Position numbers and translations under genes: made by a program. Shown piece by piece: positions 28,991 through 40,218 of a DNA stretch of 64,000 nucleotides. Location: positions 146,824-210,823 of the forward strand of contig MFRA01000005.1 in the NCBI GenBank assembly GCA_001783215.1, read 5' to 3'. This stretch comes from Candidatus Magasanikbacteria bacterium RIFOXYD1_FULL_40_23 (lineage in GTDB: Bacteria; Patescibacteriota; Patescibacteriia; Magasanikbacterales; GWA2-37-8). Within the stretch, counting starts at the first letter, position 1. The number at the start of each line of letters is the position of its first letter. A model generated the notes under the pieces. It worked only from the letters and a program-made list of their open reading frames with translations. It had not been told where the DNA came from and did not search any database.

Positions 28991-29222
28991 TTCTGATTTC
29001 GACAGAACAGAGGTGAAGCCAATATCCTCGTTCTAACCCGCAATCATAGCGGGGCTGGGGCGGGGTCTTTTTGTTCCCTTGACATTTTCTCTCTGTTTGT
29101 ATATACTCATACCCAGAACGTCCCCCATGTGGGGGTTCTCCAAAAAGCTGGAGAAAAAGACTCGTGGCTGAGCACATTTTCGTTCAGTTTTTTTGTTTAA
29201 TTTAAAAAATAAAATTGGTAAT

Positions 29223-29311
29223 TTGTCCATCCGGACAGAGATCCCTGCTCCACCGCTAAAGCTATGGCGGCACGCGGTCGTCGGCCCAAAGGGGCCTCGC
29301 TCGGGATGACA
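29223..29311. repeat. Divergent family C half-element upstream of rpsL
   Basis: TTGTCC..GAGATCCC..CGCTCGGGATGACA resembles the family C spacer and right arm, with nested hairpins. Confidence 0.6.
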
Positions 29312-29347
29312 AACCAATCCAGAACTCAAATAATTAATAAATAAATT

Positions 29348-29776
29348 ATGCCAACAATTAACCAACTTATCCGCAAAGGCAGAACTAGTAAAGTAAAGAA
29401 AAGCAAAGTTCCTGCTTTGCAGTTTACCGTAGACAATTTACACAGACGCAAAACTATTTTTGCAAAGGGATCCTCTTTTAAGAGAGGTGTTTGTACCAAG
29501 GTATATACAACCACTCCAAAAAAACCAAACTCCGCTTTGCGCAAAGTAGCCAAAGTACGTTTGAGTAATGGTATGGAAGTAATTGCTTATATCCCAGGTG
29601 AAGGACACAATTTGCAAGAACACTCAATCGTGTTGCTTCGCGGTGGTCGTGTAAAAGACTTGCCAGGTGTACGTTACCACATTGTACGCGGTGTTTATGA
29701 TGCTCAAGGCGTAGAAGGAAGACGCAAAGGCCGCAGTTTGTATGGAGCAAAAAGACCAAAGGCAGCGAAAAAATAG
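29348..29776 (+). CDS. rpsL: 30S ribosomal protein S12
   Basis: [25 protein letters not shown]. Confidence 0.98.
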   Translation: MPTINQLIRKGRTSKVKKSKVPALQFTVDNLHRRKTIFAKGSSFKRGVCTKVYTTTPKKPNSALRKVAKVRLSNGMEVIAYIPGEGHNLQEHSIVLLRGGRVKDLPGVRYHIVRGVYDAQGVEGRRKGRSLYGAKRPKAAKK

Positions 29777-29813
29777 ACCCCCCCTTTAATCAAAAATTTT
29801 AAACTAACTTAAT

Positions 29814-30290
29814 ATGCGCGGTGGAAAAAAAGATTATCAACGAGTTATTGCTCCAGATCCAAAATACGGCAGTGTGTCACTAGCCAAATTTATCAACCAT
29901 ATAATGATGGGTGGTAAAAAAACAACTGCACAAACAATTGTTTACGATGCTTTTGATAAAATTGCTGAAGCTAAAAAAGACCCGATGAAAACTTTTGAAG
30001 AGGCTTTAAAAACTGTTCAACCTCAAGTAGAAGTAAGATCTCGTAGAGTAGGTGGTGCCAATTACCAGGTACCTATGCCAGTAAGTGCAAGCAGACAAAA
30101 TGCTCTTACTTTCCGCTGGATTGTAGAGGCTGCTCGCAACAAAAAAGGTTCAGCTATGGCCGACAGATTGGCCACAGTTCTTCTTGATAGTGCTCAAGGC
30201 GTTGGTGATGCGATCAAAAAACGCGATGACGTACACAGAATGGCAGAAGCCAACAAGGCCTTTGCTCACTTTGCTAGATTTGCGAAATAG
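29814..30290 (+). CDS. rpsG: 30S ribosomal protein S7
   Basis: [22 protein letters not shown]. Confidence 0.98.
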   Translation: MRGGKKDYQRVIAPDPKYGSVSLAKFINHIMMGGKKTTAQTIVYDAFDKIAEAKKDPMKTFEEALKTVQPQVEVRSRRVGGANYQVPMPVSASRQNALTFRWIVEAARNKKGSAMADRLATVLLDSAQGVGDAIKKRDDVHRMAEANKAFAHFARFAK

Positions 30291-30291
30291 A

Positions 30292-30364
30292 GGCTCCGCC
30301 TATATTTACTCATTCGCTCGGAAAAACAAAACAATTTGTTTTTCTCTCACTTATTTCGTAAATA
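30292..30364 (+). repeat. Family A element, copy A3 (rpsG-fusA spacer)
   Basis: TATTTAC-TCATTCGCTC-stem-CTCACTTATTTC-GTAAATA. Confidence 0.85.
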
Positions 30365-30400
30365 GTTTTTTTCAATCAACATATTAAATAAAATAATTTT

Positions 30401-32476
30401 ATGCCTCGAGAATTCCCCATAGAAAAAACTCGTAATATCGGTATCATGGCTCACATTGATGCTGGTAAAACTACAACTTCCGAACGCGTACTTTTTTATA
30501 CCGGTAAAAAACATAAAATCGGTGAAGTGCACGAAGGTGAAGCAACTATGGACTGGATGGAACAAGAAAAAGAACGCGGTATTACTATTACTTCCGCTGC
30601 TACCACTTGTTTTTGGAAAGGACATCGTATAAACCTTATCGACACTCCTGGTCACGTAGACTTTACTGTAGAAGTAGAGCGTTCTTTGCGTGTTCTAGAC
30701 GGAGCCGTAGCTGTGTTTGACGCTTCTCAGGGTGTAGAACCTCAATCCGAAACTGTATGGCACCAAGCTGACAAATATAACGTACCTCGCGTTGCTTTTG
30801 TAAATAAAATGGACAAACTCGGAGCAGATTTCTATATGAGTCTTGCTTCTGTTCAAGAAAGATTATCTGTAAATGCAGTAGCTGTTCAATTGCCAATCGG
30901 ACAAGACAGCTCTTTTTCTGGTTTAGTAGATATTATTCAAGAAAAAGCTTTCAAATTTGAAGGTGCAAAAGGAGAAAATATTATTGAGATGCCAGTTCCA
31001 GAAGATATGAAAGAATTGGTAGCTACTCATCGTGCAAAATTAATGGAAAAAGTTGCCGAAGCCAATGACACTTTAATGGAAAAATATTTGGCCGGACAAT
31101 CTTTTAGTATTGATGAATTAAAAACTGGTATTCGCAGCATGGTAATCAAGGGTCAAATTTACCCAGTATTGTGCGGTTCCGCTTTGGCTAACATTGGTGT
31201 TCAGCTTATGCTTGATGCTGTTGTTGACTACTTACCATCCCCAAGTGATTTGCCTCCAATCGCTGGTTTAAATCCAGATACCAATGCCGAAGAAACACGT
31301 CTTGCTTTGGACAAAGAACCTTTCTGTGCTTTGGCCTTCAAGATTGCTACCGATCCATTTGTAGGTAAGCTTATCTTTTTCCGCGTTTACTCTGGTACAG
31401 TTTCTGCAGGTACTTATGTTTATAACTCTAGTAATGGTGAAAAAGAACGCCTTGGTCGTATCGTGCGTTTGCATGCTAACCAACGCGAAGATGTATCCGA
31501 AGTTTATGCTGGAGAAATTGCAGCTGCTATAGGTCTTAAAGATGTAAAAACAGGTGATACTCTTTGTGATGAAGATAAGCCGATGGTTATGTATCGCCCA
31601 ACTTTTGCTGAGCCTGTAATCTCTATGGCGATTGAGCCAAAGACCAAAGCTGACCAAGAAAAAATTGGTATGGCTTTGCAGAAATTGGCTGAAGAAGATC
31701 CAACTTTCCGCGTTCATACCGATGAAGAAACTTTGCAAACAATTATTGCCGGTATGGGTGAGTTGCATTTGGATATTCTGGTAGATCGCATGCGCCGTGA
31801 ATTTAAAGTAGAAGCCAATGTTGGTAAACCTCAGGTAGCTTACAAAGAAACTATCAAAATTTCTGCCGAAGCTGAAGGTAAATATATCAAACAGTCTGGT
31901 GGTAAGGGTCAGTACGGCCATTGTTGGATAAAAGTAGAGCCAAGAGAGCAAGGCGCAGGTTATGAATTTGAAGATGACACCAAAGGTGGCTCTATTCCAA
32001 AAGAATTTATTCCAGCTGTAGAAAAAGGTGTAAAAGCCTCTCTTACTCGTGGTATCCAGGCTGGTTACCCAGTGGTAGACGTAAAGGTTACTGTTTACGA
32101 TGGTTCTTACCACGAAGTAGACTCTTCCGAAATGTCTTTCAAAATGGCCGGATCTATGGCCTTCCAAGCTGCTTGTAAAAAAGCCAATCCAATAATCATG
32201 GAACCTATCATGAAGGTAGAAGTGACTACTCCGGAAGCTTATATGGGTGATGTGATCGGTGATTTGAATTCAAAGCGCGGACAAATTCAAGAAATGTTTG
32301 ATCGCGGTCAAGTAAAAGTTATCAAAGCAATCGTGCCTCTAGCTAGCATGTTTGGCTACGCTACTACTCTACGCAGTGTTAGTCAGGGACGTGCCAACTA
32401 CTCTATGGAATTTGGCCACTATGCCGAGGTGCCTCGCAATGTAGCCGAAACTATTATTGCTGGAACACAGAAGTAG
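30401..32476 (+). CDS. fusA: Elongation factor G
   Basis: [30 protein letters not shown]. Confidence 0.98.
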   Translation: MPREFPIEKTRNIGIMAHIDAGKTTTSERVLFYTGKKHKIGEVHEGEATMDWMEQEKERGITITSAATTCFWKGHRINLIDTPGHVDFTVEVERSLRVLDGAVAVFDASQGVEPQSETVWHQADKYNVPRVAFVNKMDKLGADFYMSLASVQERLSVNAVAVQLPIGQDSSFSGLVDIIQEKAFKFEGAKGENIIEMPVPEDMKELVATHRAKLMEKVAEANDTLMEKYLAGQSFSIDELKTGIRSMVIKGQIYPVLCGSALANIGVQLMLDAVVDYLPSPSDLPPIAGLNPDTNAEETRLALDKEPFCALAFKIATDPFVGKLIFFRVYSGTVSAGTYVYNSSNGEKERLGRIVRLHANQREDVSEVYAGEIAAAIGLKDVKTGDTLCDEDKPMVMYRPTFAEPVISMAIEPKTKADQEKIGMALQKLAEEDPTFRVHTDEETLQTIIAGMGELHLDILVDRMRREFKVEANVGKPQVAYKETIKISAEAEGKYIKQSGGKGQYGHCWIKVEPREQGAGYEFEDDTKGGSIPKEFIPAVEKGVKASLTRGIQAGYPVVDVKVTVYDGSYHEVDSSEMSFKMAGSMAFQAACKKANPIIMEPIMKVEVTTPEAYMGDVIGDLNSKRGQIQEMFDRGQVKVIKAIVPLASMFGYATTLRSVSQGRANYSMEFGHYAEVPRNVAETIIAGTQK

Positions 32477-32602
32477 TTTTACACTATTAAAACAAATACA
32501 CCATCTTCATATGAAGGTGGTGTATTTGTTTTAATTATCCACATAGGCTCAATAGTGAATTTATGGTATAATTCTTTCGTAAAGAAACCCTCTTTTATTC
32601 TT

Positions 32603-35600
32603 ATGAAAAGGGAAAAATTTTTTAGTTTGTATCCTGCTCTTATCAAAAAAAGATTAAAGAATTTGTTTTTGTTACTTAATTTCAAACATCGCTCCCTCCA
32701 CTTATTTAAAAAAAGACAATTTCACGCTACGGTGGCCGGTCTTTTGCTTGTAGTTATTTTGGTAAATGTATTTCAGCCTTGGTCAGACGAAATTGCTCAA
32801 GGTGCAACTTATACTTTTGTACAAAGCAGTTGGAGTGGGGGAGTTAGCGCTTCGGTTCCTCTACATCCTACCAACCAAACTAGCTGGACAAATTTTTCTA
32901 CTAGCACAAACACCTTCACTACAGGTACTACCACAGTTACCATAGCCAGTACCACCTATAGCTCTACTGATGACGGTACCTTTACCTCTACCGGTAGTGC
33001 AACCGGGGGTGGTTTTAGCAATGGTGTTACCTCTACTGTGGCTGTCTCTGGTAGTGGCGCATCCGCTGTAATTAAATTATCAGGTGGTGTAACTACGATA
33101 AATCGGGTTACTGCCACTTCTTCAAATACTGGTACGAGCGCTAACTTTCACGGTGCTTCTCAGATGATTGGTGCTTCAGGGTCAGACTACTTATATTTTG
33201 TAGAAGCTGCCAATGAGGGGAGAGCGTTACGCCGCTATTCCATTTCCGGAAATTCGTGGACAGATTTAGCGGCTTATACATACGCTTATTTTGGTGCTCA
33301 ATTACTTTGGAATGGTACCGACGATTATATGTATCTAGCAGAAGGTCAAAGTAATGCCTTTACTCGTTACTCTATCTCCGGAAATTCGTGGTCATCTATG
33401 GCGAATATACCAGCTGCCTTGCCTACAAGCATTACTCAAACTGCGGCCCTGCGCTATGGAACAGAAGATTATATATATCTTTGGAGAGGTGCCGGACAGA
33501 CAGCATTTTATCGTTATTCAATTAGTGGCGATAGTTGGAGTACCCTCGATGCATTACCAGCTGCGGCTGGCGTTGGTATTCAAGCTATCAGAGATGCAGA
33601 TAGCAATTTTATTTATGTTGCTAGCGGGGTCAGTACAAATTTTTATCGTTACAATATATCTGCAAATACAACTTCTGCGATGACAGCTATTCCAGCATCC
33701 CTTACCGGTATACAGTCTTACGCTCTCCATGATGAAGGTAGTGATTATATTTATCTTTTAGCAAATGATGGTTTTTATAGATATTCTATTTCCGGTAATT
33801 CATGGTCGACTATGGCTAGCGCCGCGTCGGTTAATCCAGATTTTGGTTCAACATTAATCCATAGCGCAGGAGAAGATGTTATATATGTAGCAGGTGATTG
33901 GGACTGTTGTTCAATTGTAAAATTATGGGGATATTCTATCGCAGGTGATTCTTGGACATCATATCATACAATTACAGCTCATTCGGGTGGTTATGGTTCT
34001 CCAAATAAAACAGCTTACCGAAGAGCGGGTGATGACTATTTTTACTTTTTCACTGCCAACCAAGATAATGAGTTGTTTAAATTTACAATAAGCCAAACCG
34101 TTTATAACTCTTCTGGTAATTTTACCTCTGCTGCTATGGATTTGGGTGTTGCCAAAATGAATTCTTTTTCATGGAGCAGTACCACGCCTTCGGGGGTAGG
34201 TAGCAATTCCATCCAATTCCAGCTTGCGGCCAATAATGATAATAGTACATGGAGTTTTGTGGGGCCGGACGGTACTAGCGGAACATATTTTACAACCAAT
34301 GGCACGACGGTTTTTCCATCTTCATTGCAACAAAATCTTCGCTATTGGAAATACAAAGCGTATTTGAGTACAGCCGACACTAGTGTAACCCCAGTGTTAA
34401 ACAGTGTTACTTTTGGTTACTCTTCTTATGCTGCCACAAGCTCGCTTATTTCTTCTATATATGATACAGCCGATCCAACCAATGTAGTGGCCAGTATTGC
34501 TTGGACTGAATATGAGCCAACTAGCACCACAGTCAAATTTCAATTACGAACAGGCGCTAGTTCGTCTAGTGTGGCTTCTGCTACCTGGATGGGTCCGGAC
34601 GGTACAAATTCTTCATACTTTACCACTTTTGGTGGCGAGACAACTACTTCCACCATGCGTGATGGCTCAAGCGATCAGTATTTCCAGTACAAAGTATTTT
34701 TAGAAACAACAAACTCTTCATACACTCCAACACTTTCGAGTGTTACAGTTACCTATGTAGTTAATGCTGCTCCAGAGATTCAAAATGTTTTGGCTAGCCA
34801 GAGCGCTACTGGCACAGTCTCTATTAGCTATCAGGCACGAGACTCAGACACAGATACAGGTACAGTAAACCCTGGCTATGTTAGTTCCACCTTTGAATAT
34901 TTAGATGCAAACGGTGCTTATCAAACTATCCCTGCAGGCCAACTTTCGGCTGGAGCAAATAGTGGTATAGCGGTAGATGATGTAAATTGGACTACAAATA
35001 CTGTTACTTGGACACCGGCATCAGGTTTAAGTGTGGCTGCTAGTAGAATTAGAGTAACAATAAATGATAACGAAGCAGCTAATAACACCACTTCTACTAT
35101 TTCAGATACTTTCCAAATAGATAGCGTTTCACCAGCTTCGGGTGCGATAGTTGTAGATGGATCTCAAGTGCCGGCTGTTGTTACCCTTACAGCCACCGAT
35201 AGTTCTTCTTTGTACATGAAAGTTTCGGAGAATAGCACTTTGTCGGATGTTTCTAGTTGGTCCGCTCTTACTGCTACCACCTCTATTACACTTACTGCCA
35301 ACCCAGCAACAGTTTATGTACAATTTAAAGACGCTTTTAACAATACGTCTAGTATTTTTAGTGCTACTACTCCTAACACGCCAAGCAGTACGATAGTTCA
35401 AGATATTTCTAACGTTTTAAACGGGGCTACTGACTACCGTTTGTTTGTGGCTTGGAGAGTAATTACTACTCCAGTGCCAGGTTTTGCAAATTATAGAATT
35501 TATAGATCTTTAGATCAATCTGATTGGACTCCGATTGCTACCAACACTTCTATAAACGACAATTATACTGCCGACAGCTCTATATCTTCTAACACACTTT

Positions 35601-38600
35601 ATTACTATAAAGTAAAATCCACTGACTCTTCCGGTAATGTTTCTGTATTTTCTTCTATCGTAAATGCTCGCGCTAACGGGGATCAAGATGCGGGTGAAGG
35701 TGGTGGTGGTACGGGAATAGAAAGCGCGCCCGTTATTACATCTGTGGCAACATCATCTGTTTCGCCAACTTCAATTACCATCACTTGGAATACGGATGTT
35801 TTATCAAATTCCGTAGTTGGTTTTTCAACTATTCTTGGTAATTTTACCGACAATGTATTATCCGTAGGTGGTATGTTTGATAACCCTAGTTCTGTAGGCG
35901 CGCATACTGTAGTTTTAGGTGGTCTCACTCCAAATACTACTTATTATTTTAATGTAAAATCCACTGCTGCTGGTGGCGCGTCTGCCTCTTCTTCGGATGG
36001 TGGTAATGGTTTTATTGTTAGAACCTTAAATGGTCCTGTTATTTCCGGTGTTTCGGCTCCAGAAGTTTATAATACTTTTGCCAGAGTAGTTTGGACCACT
36101 TCGGAAAACGCAAATAGTTATGTAATTTATTCTACTTCCACCGATTTATCTAACCCTATAGTTACTAGTACTATTGTAACGTTTGGGACTTCGCACGACC
36201 TAACCCTAACCGGTTTAACGGCTGGTACAAATTATTATTATTATGTTCAGTCGGCGAATGTTGGGATGATTACGACAACCGATAAAAACATAGTAAATGG
36301 TATTCCAGAATACTTTAGTTTGGCGACTACTTTAGATGTTACCGCTCCTACAATTTCTTCTATTGCCACCACTAGCGTCGGTAATAATTCTGCCAACGTT
36401 ACTTGGGTTACAAACGAAAATGCAGATTCGCAGATAGCTTATGGTACTACGACTAATTATGGCACCACCACTACTTTAGATTCTACTTTTACGGCCCAAC
36501 ACTTGGTTACGCTTTCTGGTTTAGCTTCTTCCACTGTCTATCATTTTAAAATTTTATCACGAGATAGAAATGATAATTTAGCAGAATCCTCCGATCAAAT
36601 TTTCGAAACAGCTGCAGCTGCCGATACAATCGCTCCGACAATATCTTCGGTTGCCACTTCAAGTGTTACTCTTACTAGCTTTACAGTTACTTGGTCTACC
36701 AACGAAGTCGGTTCTTCTATCGTGGAGTATGGCACAAACACGTCTTCTTACAATAGTTTAGCTGGTTCAAATACAGATTCAGTTACGTCTCATTCGGTGA
36801 CTGTAAGCAGTCTAAGTGGTAATGCTACTTATTATTTTCGAGTTAGATCAGCAGATTCGGCTGGTAATTCTGCCACAGATAGCAACGGCGGTGCTGGCTG
36901 GGAAGTTAGAACAGTTGCCGACACTACCGCTCCAACCATTTCCAATATTAGTACGCTGGTAAACAATACAACTACCCAAATCACTTGGACCACCAACGAA
37001 GCGGCTAATTCCGAAATTAATTATGGTTCAACTTCAAGCTCTCTTAACACAACTGCTTCCAGCTCAACTTTGCAGACTAACCACGCCATTACCATTACCG
37101 GTTTAACAGCCGACACTACTTATTATTTCCGAGTTAGATCTACAGACGCTTCAAGCAATGTTGCGACCGACGATAATGGCGGCGCTGCTTATAGCTTTAC
37201 CACATTGCTTACTCCGGGTGGTACAACTATTATTATTACCGGTGGTTCTAGCGCTCAGCGTGGAGATAGAGAGCCCCCTATAATTAGCAATATTGAAATA
37301 GTAAATGTTACAGCCAATTCGGCTAGCGTGACTTGGAGAACCAGCGAAGACGGAAATTCTTTGGTTAGATTTGGTGTCAGCGAAACTTATGGTACTTTAG
37401 TGGGTAATGATTTGGAATTATTAACTTCAAATCACACTGTTAAGATGTCTAATTTAAGAGCTGCTCAAACCTATCATTTGAGAGCTATTACCTATGATGA
37501 AGCAGGTAATAGAACCGAATCAAATGATCAAGCGTTTACCACTTTAAATATTGATGGAACAGAAGCTCCGCCTAGTACTAGTACAGCAGAGGAGATTATA
37601 GAGGAAGAAAAAGAAATACAATCTCCACAAACAGAACAATTTATATCGGATGCTTTAAAAAAAGCTTCTAGTGAGTCCTTAGAAAAATTCTTGAGGGATA
37701 TAGCTGCCAATCCATTGCTCAAAGATATTCCTGAAGATAAATTTATCCAGGCACTGCTTGAAATGACAAGTCGTGTAATTGAACCTCCAACTATTGTGGG
37801 TATTAAACCAACAGTAGATGTTCAAGGAACTACTGCAATTATCAAATGGTCTACAGACAAGAAATCTTCTTCAGAAATAAATTATGCTAAAGAAAGTGAA
37901 TACAAACCTAACGACTCTACCCCATACACCAACGCAGCTGTTAGCCCGGATGAATTTAGTGTAAATCACAGCGTAAAATTAACTGGTCTTGATCCGGGTG
38001 TTCTTTATCACTTCAAAGTTATATCCAAAGGCCTTATTGGTGCACCAGCTATGAGTGGTGATTATACATTCCAAACCACCGGTGATTTACCAGTTATTTC
38101 CGACATAAGAGTTACCAGACCAAAAGATTTACAATCATCTATCGTTGTAAATTGGAAGACAAATGTTTCTACTGCTGGTAGCGTAGAATATAGAAACGCT
38201 AAATCTGGTCAATCTCTAACTCAAGGTGATTCAGCGCTGCTCATAAATCACGAAGTCACGTTGAAGGGTCTTGAGGGCGGTGTAAATTATACTTTGGTAC
38301 TTAAAGGTAAAGATGAGTTTAGTAATGAAGTATCCAGTCTTCCTATAACTTTCTCTACTACTTTAGATAAGGCCGAACCAACCATATCCAAACTTTCATC
38401 AGAATCCACATTGTATCCAGGCAAGGATTCCAAAGTTCAAACTATTATTTCTTGGGAAACAGACGAACCAGCAACCTCTCAGGTTTTCTACCAAGAAGGT
38501 GCGGCTACAGACAAAGTTACAGCCCTTCCATTAGACAGTTCCTTAAACACTCGTCATATTGTGGTAGTAACCAAGTTTAAACCAGGCACAGTTTATAAGT

Positions 38601-38749
38601 ATTGGGTAGAATCCAAAGATTTGGCCGGTAATGCTGGCAAATCGGAAGTGTTCTCCATCCTGACGCCTCAAGAAAAAGAAACCATTGTTGATATAATTAT
38701 TAACAATTTCCAATCAGTATTTGGTTGGACCAAGAATATAGGCATCTAG
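32603..38749 (+). CDS. Giant Ser/Thr-rich surface protein: N-terminal TM, kelch-like propeller, multiple FN3 domains
   Basis: Six (R/G)Y(S/N)I..(N/D)SW-like repeats; many WxT..H.V.L.GL..T.YY repeats; hydrophobic N-terminal segment. Confidence 0.85.
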   Translation: MKREKFFSLYPALIKKRLKNLFLLLNFKHRSLHLFKKRQFHATVAGLLLVVILVNVFQPWSDEIAQGATYTFVQSSWSGGVSASVPLHPTNQTSWTNFSTSTNTFTTGTTTVTIASTTYSSTDDGTFTSTGSATGGGFSNGVTSTVAVSGSGASAVIKLSGGVTTINRVTATSSNTGTSANFHGASQMIGASGSDYLYFVEAANEGRALRRYSISGNSWTDLAAYTYAYFGAQLLWNGTDDYMYLAEGQSNAFTRYSISGNSWSSMANIPAALPTSITQTAALRYGTEDYIYLWRGAGQTAFYRYSISGDSWSTLDALPAAAGVGIQAIRDADSNFIYVASGVSTNFYRYNISANTTSAMTAIPASLTGIQSYALHDEGSDYIYLLANDGFYRYSISGNSWSTMASAASVNPDFGSTLIHSAGEDVIYVAGDWDCCSIVKLWGYSIAGDSWTSYHTITAHSGGYGSPNKTAYRRAGDDYFYFFTANQDNELFKFTISQTVYNSSGNFTSAAMDLGVAKMNSFSWSSTTPSGVGSNSIQFQLAANNDNSTWSFVGPDGTSGTYFTTNGTTVFPSSLQQNLRYWKYKAYLSTADTSVTPVLNSVTFGYSSYAATSSLISSIYDTADPTNVVASIAWTEYEPTSTTVKFQLRTGASSSSVASATWMGPDGTNSSYFTTFGGETTTSTMRDGSSDQYFQYKVFLETTNSSYTPTLSSVTVTYVVNAAPEIQNVLASQSATGTVSISYQARDSDTDTGTVNPGYVSSTFEYLDANGAYQTIPAGQLSAGANSGIAVDDVNWTTNTVTWTPASGLSVAASRIRVTINDNEAANNTTSTISDTFQIDSVSPASGAIVVDGSQVPAVVTLTATDSSSLYMKVSENSTLSDVSSWSALTATTSITLTANPATVYVQFKDAFNNTSSIFSATTPNTPSSTIVQDISNVLNGATDYRLFVAWRVITTPVPGFANYRIYRSLDQSDWTPIATNTSINDNYTADSSISSNTLYYYKVKSTDSSGNVSVFSSIVNARANGDQDAGEGGGGTGIESAPVITSVATSSVSPTSITITWNTDVLSNSVVGFSTILGNFTDNVLSVGGMFDNPSSVGAHTVVLGGLTPNTTYYFNVKSTAAGGASASSSDGGNGFIVRTLNGPVISGVSAPEVYNTFARVVWTTSENANSYVIYSTSTDLSNPIVTSTIVTFGTSHDLTLTGLTAGTNYYYYVQSANVGMITTTDKNIVNGIPEYFSLATTLDVTAPTISSIATTSVGNNSANVTWVTNENADSQIAYGTTTNYGTTTTLDSTFTAQHLVTLSGLASSTVYHFKILSRDRNDNLAESSDQIFETAAAADTIAPTISSVATSSVTLTSFTVTWSTNEVGSSIVEYGTNTSSYNSLAGSNTDSVTSHSVTVSSLSGNATYYFRVRSADSAGNSATDSNGGAGWEVRTVADTTAPTISNISTLVNNTTTQITWTTNEAANSEINYGSTSSSLNTTASSSTLQTNHAITITGLTADTTYYFRVRSTDASSNVATDDNGGAAYSFTTLLTPGGTTIIITGGSSAQRGDREPPIISNIEIVNVTANSASVTWRTSEDGNSLVRFGVSETYGTLVGNDLELLTSNHTVKMSNLRAAQTYHLRAITYDEAGNRTESNDQAFTTLNIDGTEAPPSTSTAEEIIEEEKEIQSPQTEQFISDALKKASSESLEKFLRDIAANPLLKDIPEDKFIQALLEMTSRVIEPPTIVGIKPTVDVQGTTAIIKWSTDKKSSSEINYAKESEYKPNDSTPYTNAAVSPDEFSVNHSVKLTGLDPGVLYHFKVISKGLIGAPAMSGDYTFQTTGDLPVISDIRVTRPKDLQSSIVVNWKTNVSTAGSVEYRNAKSGQSLTQGDSALLINHEVTLKGLEGGVNYTLVLKGKDEFSNEVSSLPITFSTTLDKAEPTISKLSSESTLYPGKDSKVQTIISWETDEPATSQVFYQEGAATDKVTALPLDSSLNTRHIVVVTKFKPGTVYKYWVESKDLAGNAGKSEVFSILTPQEKETIVDIIINNFQSVFGWTKNIGI

Positions 38750-38776
38750 GATATATATATGGCTTACCTATATATA

Positions 38777-38858
38777 AGCACTGTCCCAGTGCTTGAAATT
38801 CCGTCGCTCGCCCCAGATGAACACAAGCTTTCGCCTGGGGGCTCGCTAGGAATTATAA
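38777..38858 (+). repeat. Family B element, copy B1
   Basis: GCTTGAAATTCCGTC-stem-TAGGAATTAT. Confidence 0.85.
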
Positions 38859-38868
38859 AATCTTTACC

Positions 38869-40218
38869 ATGGAGCCAATTATTAAGACAGAAAATATCAA
38901 AGTTATATATAATAAGGGGCAAGATAATGAATATATCGCTCTTAATGATATTAGTATAGAGGTGTTTCCGGAAGAGTATTCGATTTTTTTCGGTCCTTCC
39001 GGATGCGGAAAATCAACTCTCCTCTATACGATTCTAGGACTTCAAAAAATAAGTGAAGGGAAATTATATATAAAAGGCCGAGAAAGTTCTTCTTTTTCGG
39101 AAGCAGACAAGAGCAACCTTGATTCCCAGTTCTTTGGTATCGTGTTCCAGAACTTCAATCTCATTTACTCTCTCAACGTTATAGACAACATCGCCCTACC
39201 ACAGGTGTTTTTGGAATCAAAAAAAGAAGTACGTTTGGCAAAATCCAAAACATTATTAGCACGTTTTGGTATAGAAACCAGAGCTCACAATTTGCCGGCA
39301 TCTCTCTCTGGTGGGCAGCAGCAAAGAGTAGCTATTTGTCGTGCGCTTGTAAACGATCCGCTTGTGTTGCTCGCCGATGAGCCGGTAGGTAACTTGGATA
39401 GTGAATCAGCCAGAGTGGTAATGGAATCAATTTATGATATCAACAAGAAAGATAAAAAAACTGTAATTTTGGTTACGCACGATCATACGTTTCTTCCCTA
39501 TGCCGATCGTATTTACTACTTCAAGGATGCTAAGTTAGAAAAAGTTGTGCAAAATACTCATCCTAAAAAGATGATTGCCGGCGCAAAAAATTTACAACAA
39601 GAAGAAGCCAGTGAAACCACCGGGTCCGGCACAGGTGACTTTACGCCTTTTGGAGAATTGGAAAAAATGGCGCGCGCGCATCATTTTATGACAGTGCCGC
39701 AGCTTAAAGCTTGGAGCATTACCAACTATCTAACAGATGAGTTTACTGTTAATCAGATAGAAAGACTGGAAAAGTTCATGGAAGAAATGTTGGCGGGCAA
39801 ACTTAGCGAACACGCATTTTTTGAGAAGTTAAATGCGCCGTTTAGTGAAGGTGGTGTGGGTTTGTATCAGGGCACAGCTATTAGGTTCACCCAAAAAATT
39901 TCTTCTATCCTGCGAGAAGTTGGTGCTTTTTTGCAAAATTTAAAAAATATTAAAGACCCACAAGAAAGTCTAAAAATGGTAGATATCTTAAGAAAATTTT
40001 TGTTGGAAGAATACCATGGTAGTTTAAGCCAAGAACAAATTCAGCGTTTGGAAAAGGGGATAGGTGAACGTTTGGCCGGAAGCATGAATGATCTTCAGTT
40101 TAGTGAACTATTAGACAAATCTGTTTCGGAAGGAGGCATAGGTTTAAATACATTAACAGCCGAGCATTTGTCCGAAAGGCTAGAAATAATTCTCGCTCAA
40201 GCCTATGAAAGCAACTGA
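38869..40218 (+). CDS. MacB/LolD-type ABC ATPase with about 220-aa C-terminal extension
   Basis: [26 protein letters not shown]; duplicated EGG(V/I)GL module in the tail. Confidence 0.9.
   Translation: MEPIIKTENIKVIYNKGQDNEYIALNDISIEVFPEEYSIFFGPSGCGKSTLLYTILGLQKISEGKLYIKGRESSSFSEADKSNLDSQFFGIVFQNFNLIYSLNVIDNIALPQVFLESKKEVRLAKSKTLLARFGIETRAHNLPASLSGGQQQRVAICRALVNDPLVLLADEPVGNLDSESARVVMESIYDINKKDKKTVILVTHDHTFLPYADRIYYFKDAKLEKVVQNTHPKKMIAGAKNLQQEEASETTGSGTGDFTPFGELEKMARAHHFMTVPQLKAWSITNYLTDEFTVNQIERLEKFMEEMLAGKLSEHAFFEKLNAPFSEGGVGLYQGTAIRFTQKISSILREVGAFLQNLKNIKDPQESLKMVDILRKFLLEEYHGSLSQEQIQRLEKGIGERLAGSMNDLQFSELLDKSVSEGGIGLNTLTAEHLSERLEIILAQAYESN

Noticed and set aside
28869-29365. Minus-strand ORFs upstream of rpsL, and ORFs 38759-38959 and 4628-4816
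   Set aside because: They read through hairpin or repeat elements and have no protein-like features.
31268-32167. Long antisense ORFs (also 15713-16507, 59054-59752, 5601-6167, 9641-10063)
   Set aside because: Shadows of real genes on the opposite strand; no motifs.
32535-32543. DnaA box TTATCCACA as oriC
   Set aside because: Single perfect box (plus a near match at 42089); no cluster and no dnaA in the window.
38791-38858. Family B as hammerhead ribozymes (GAAA..GUC)
   Set aside because: No CUGANGA core in any of the five copies.
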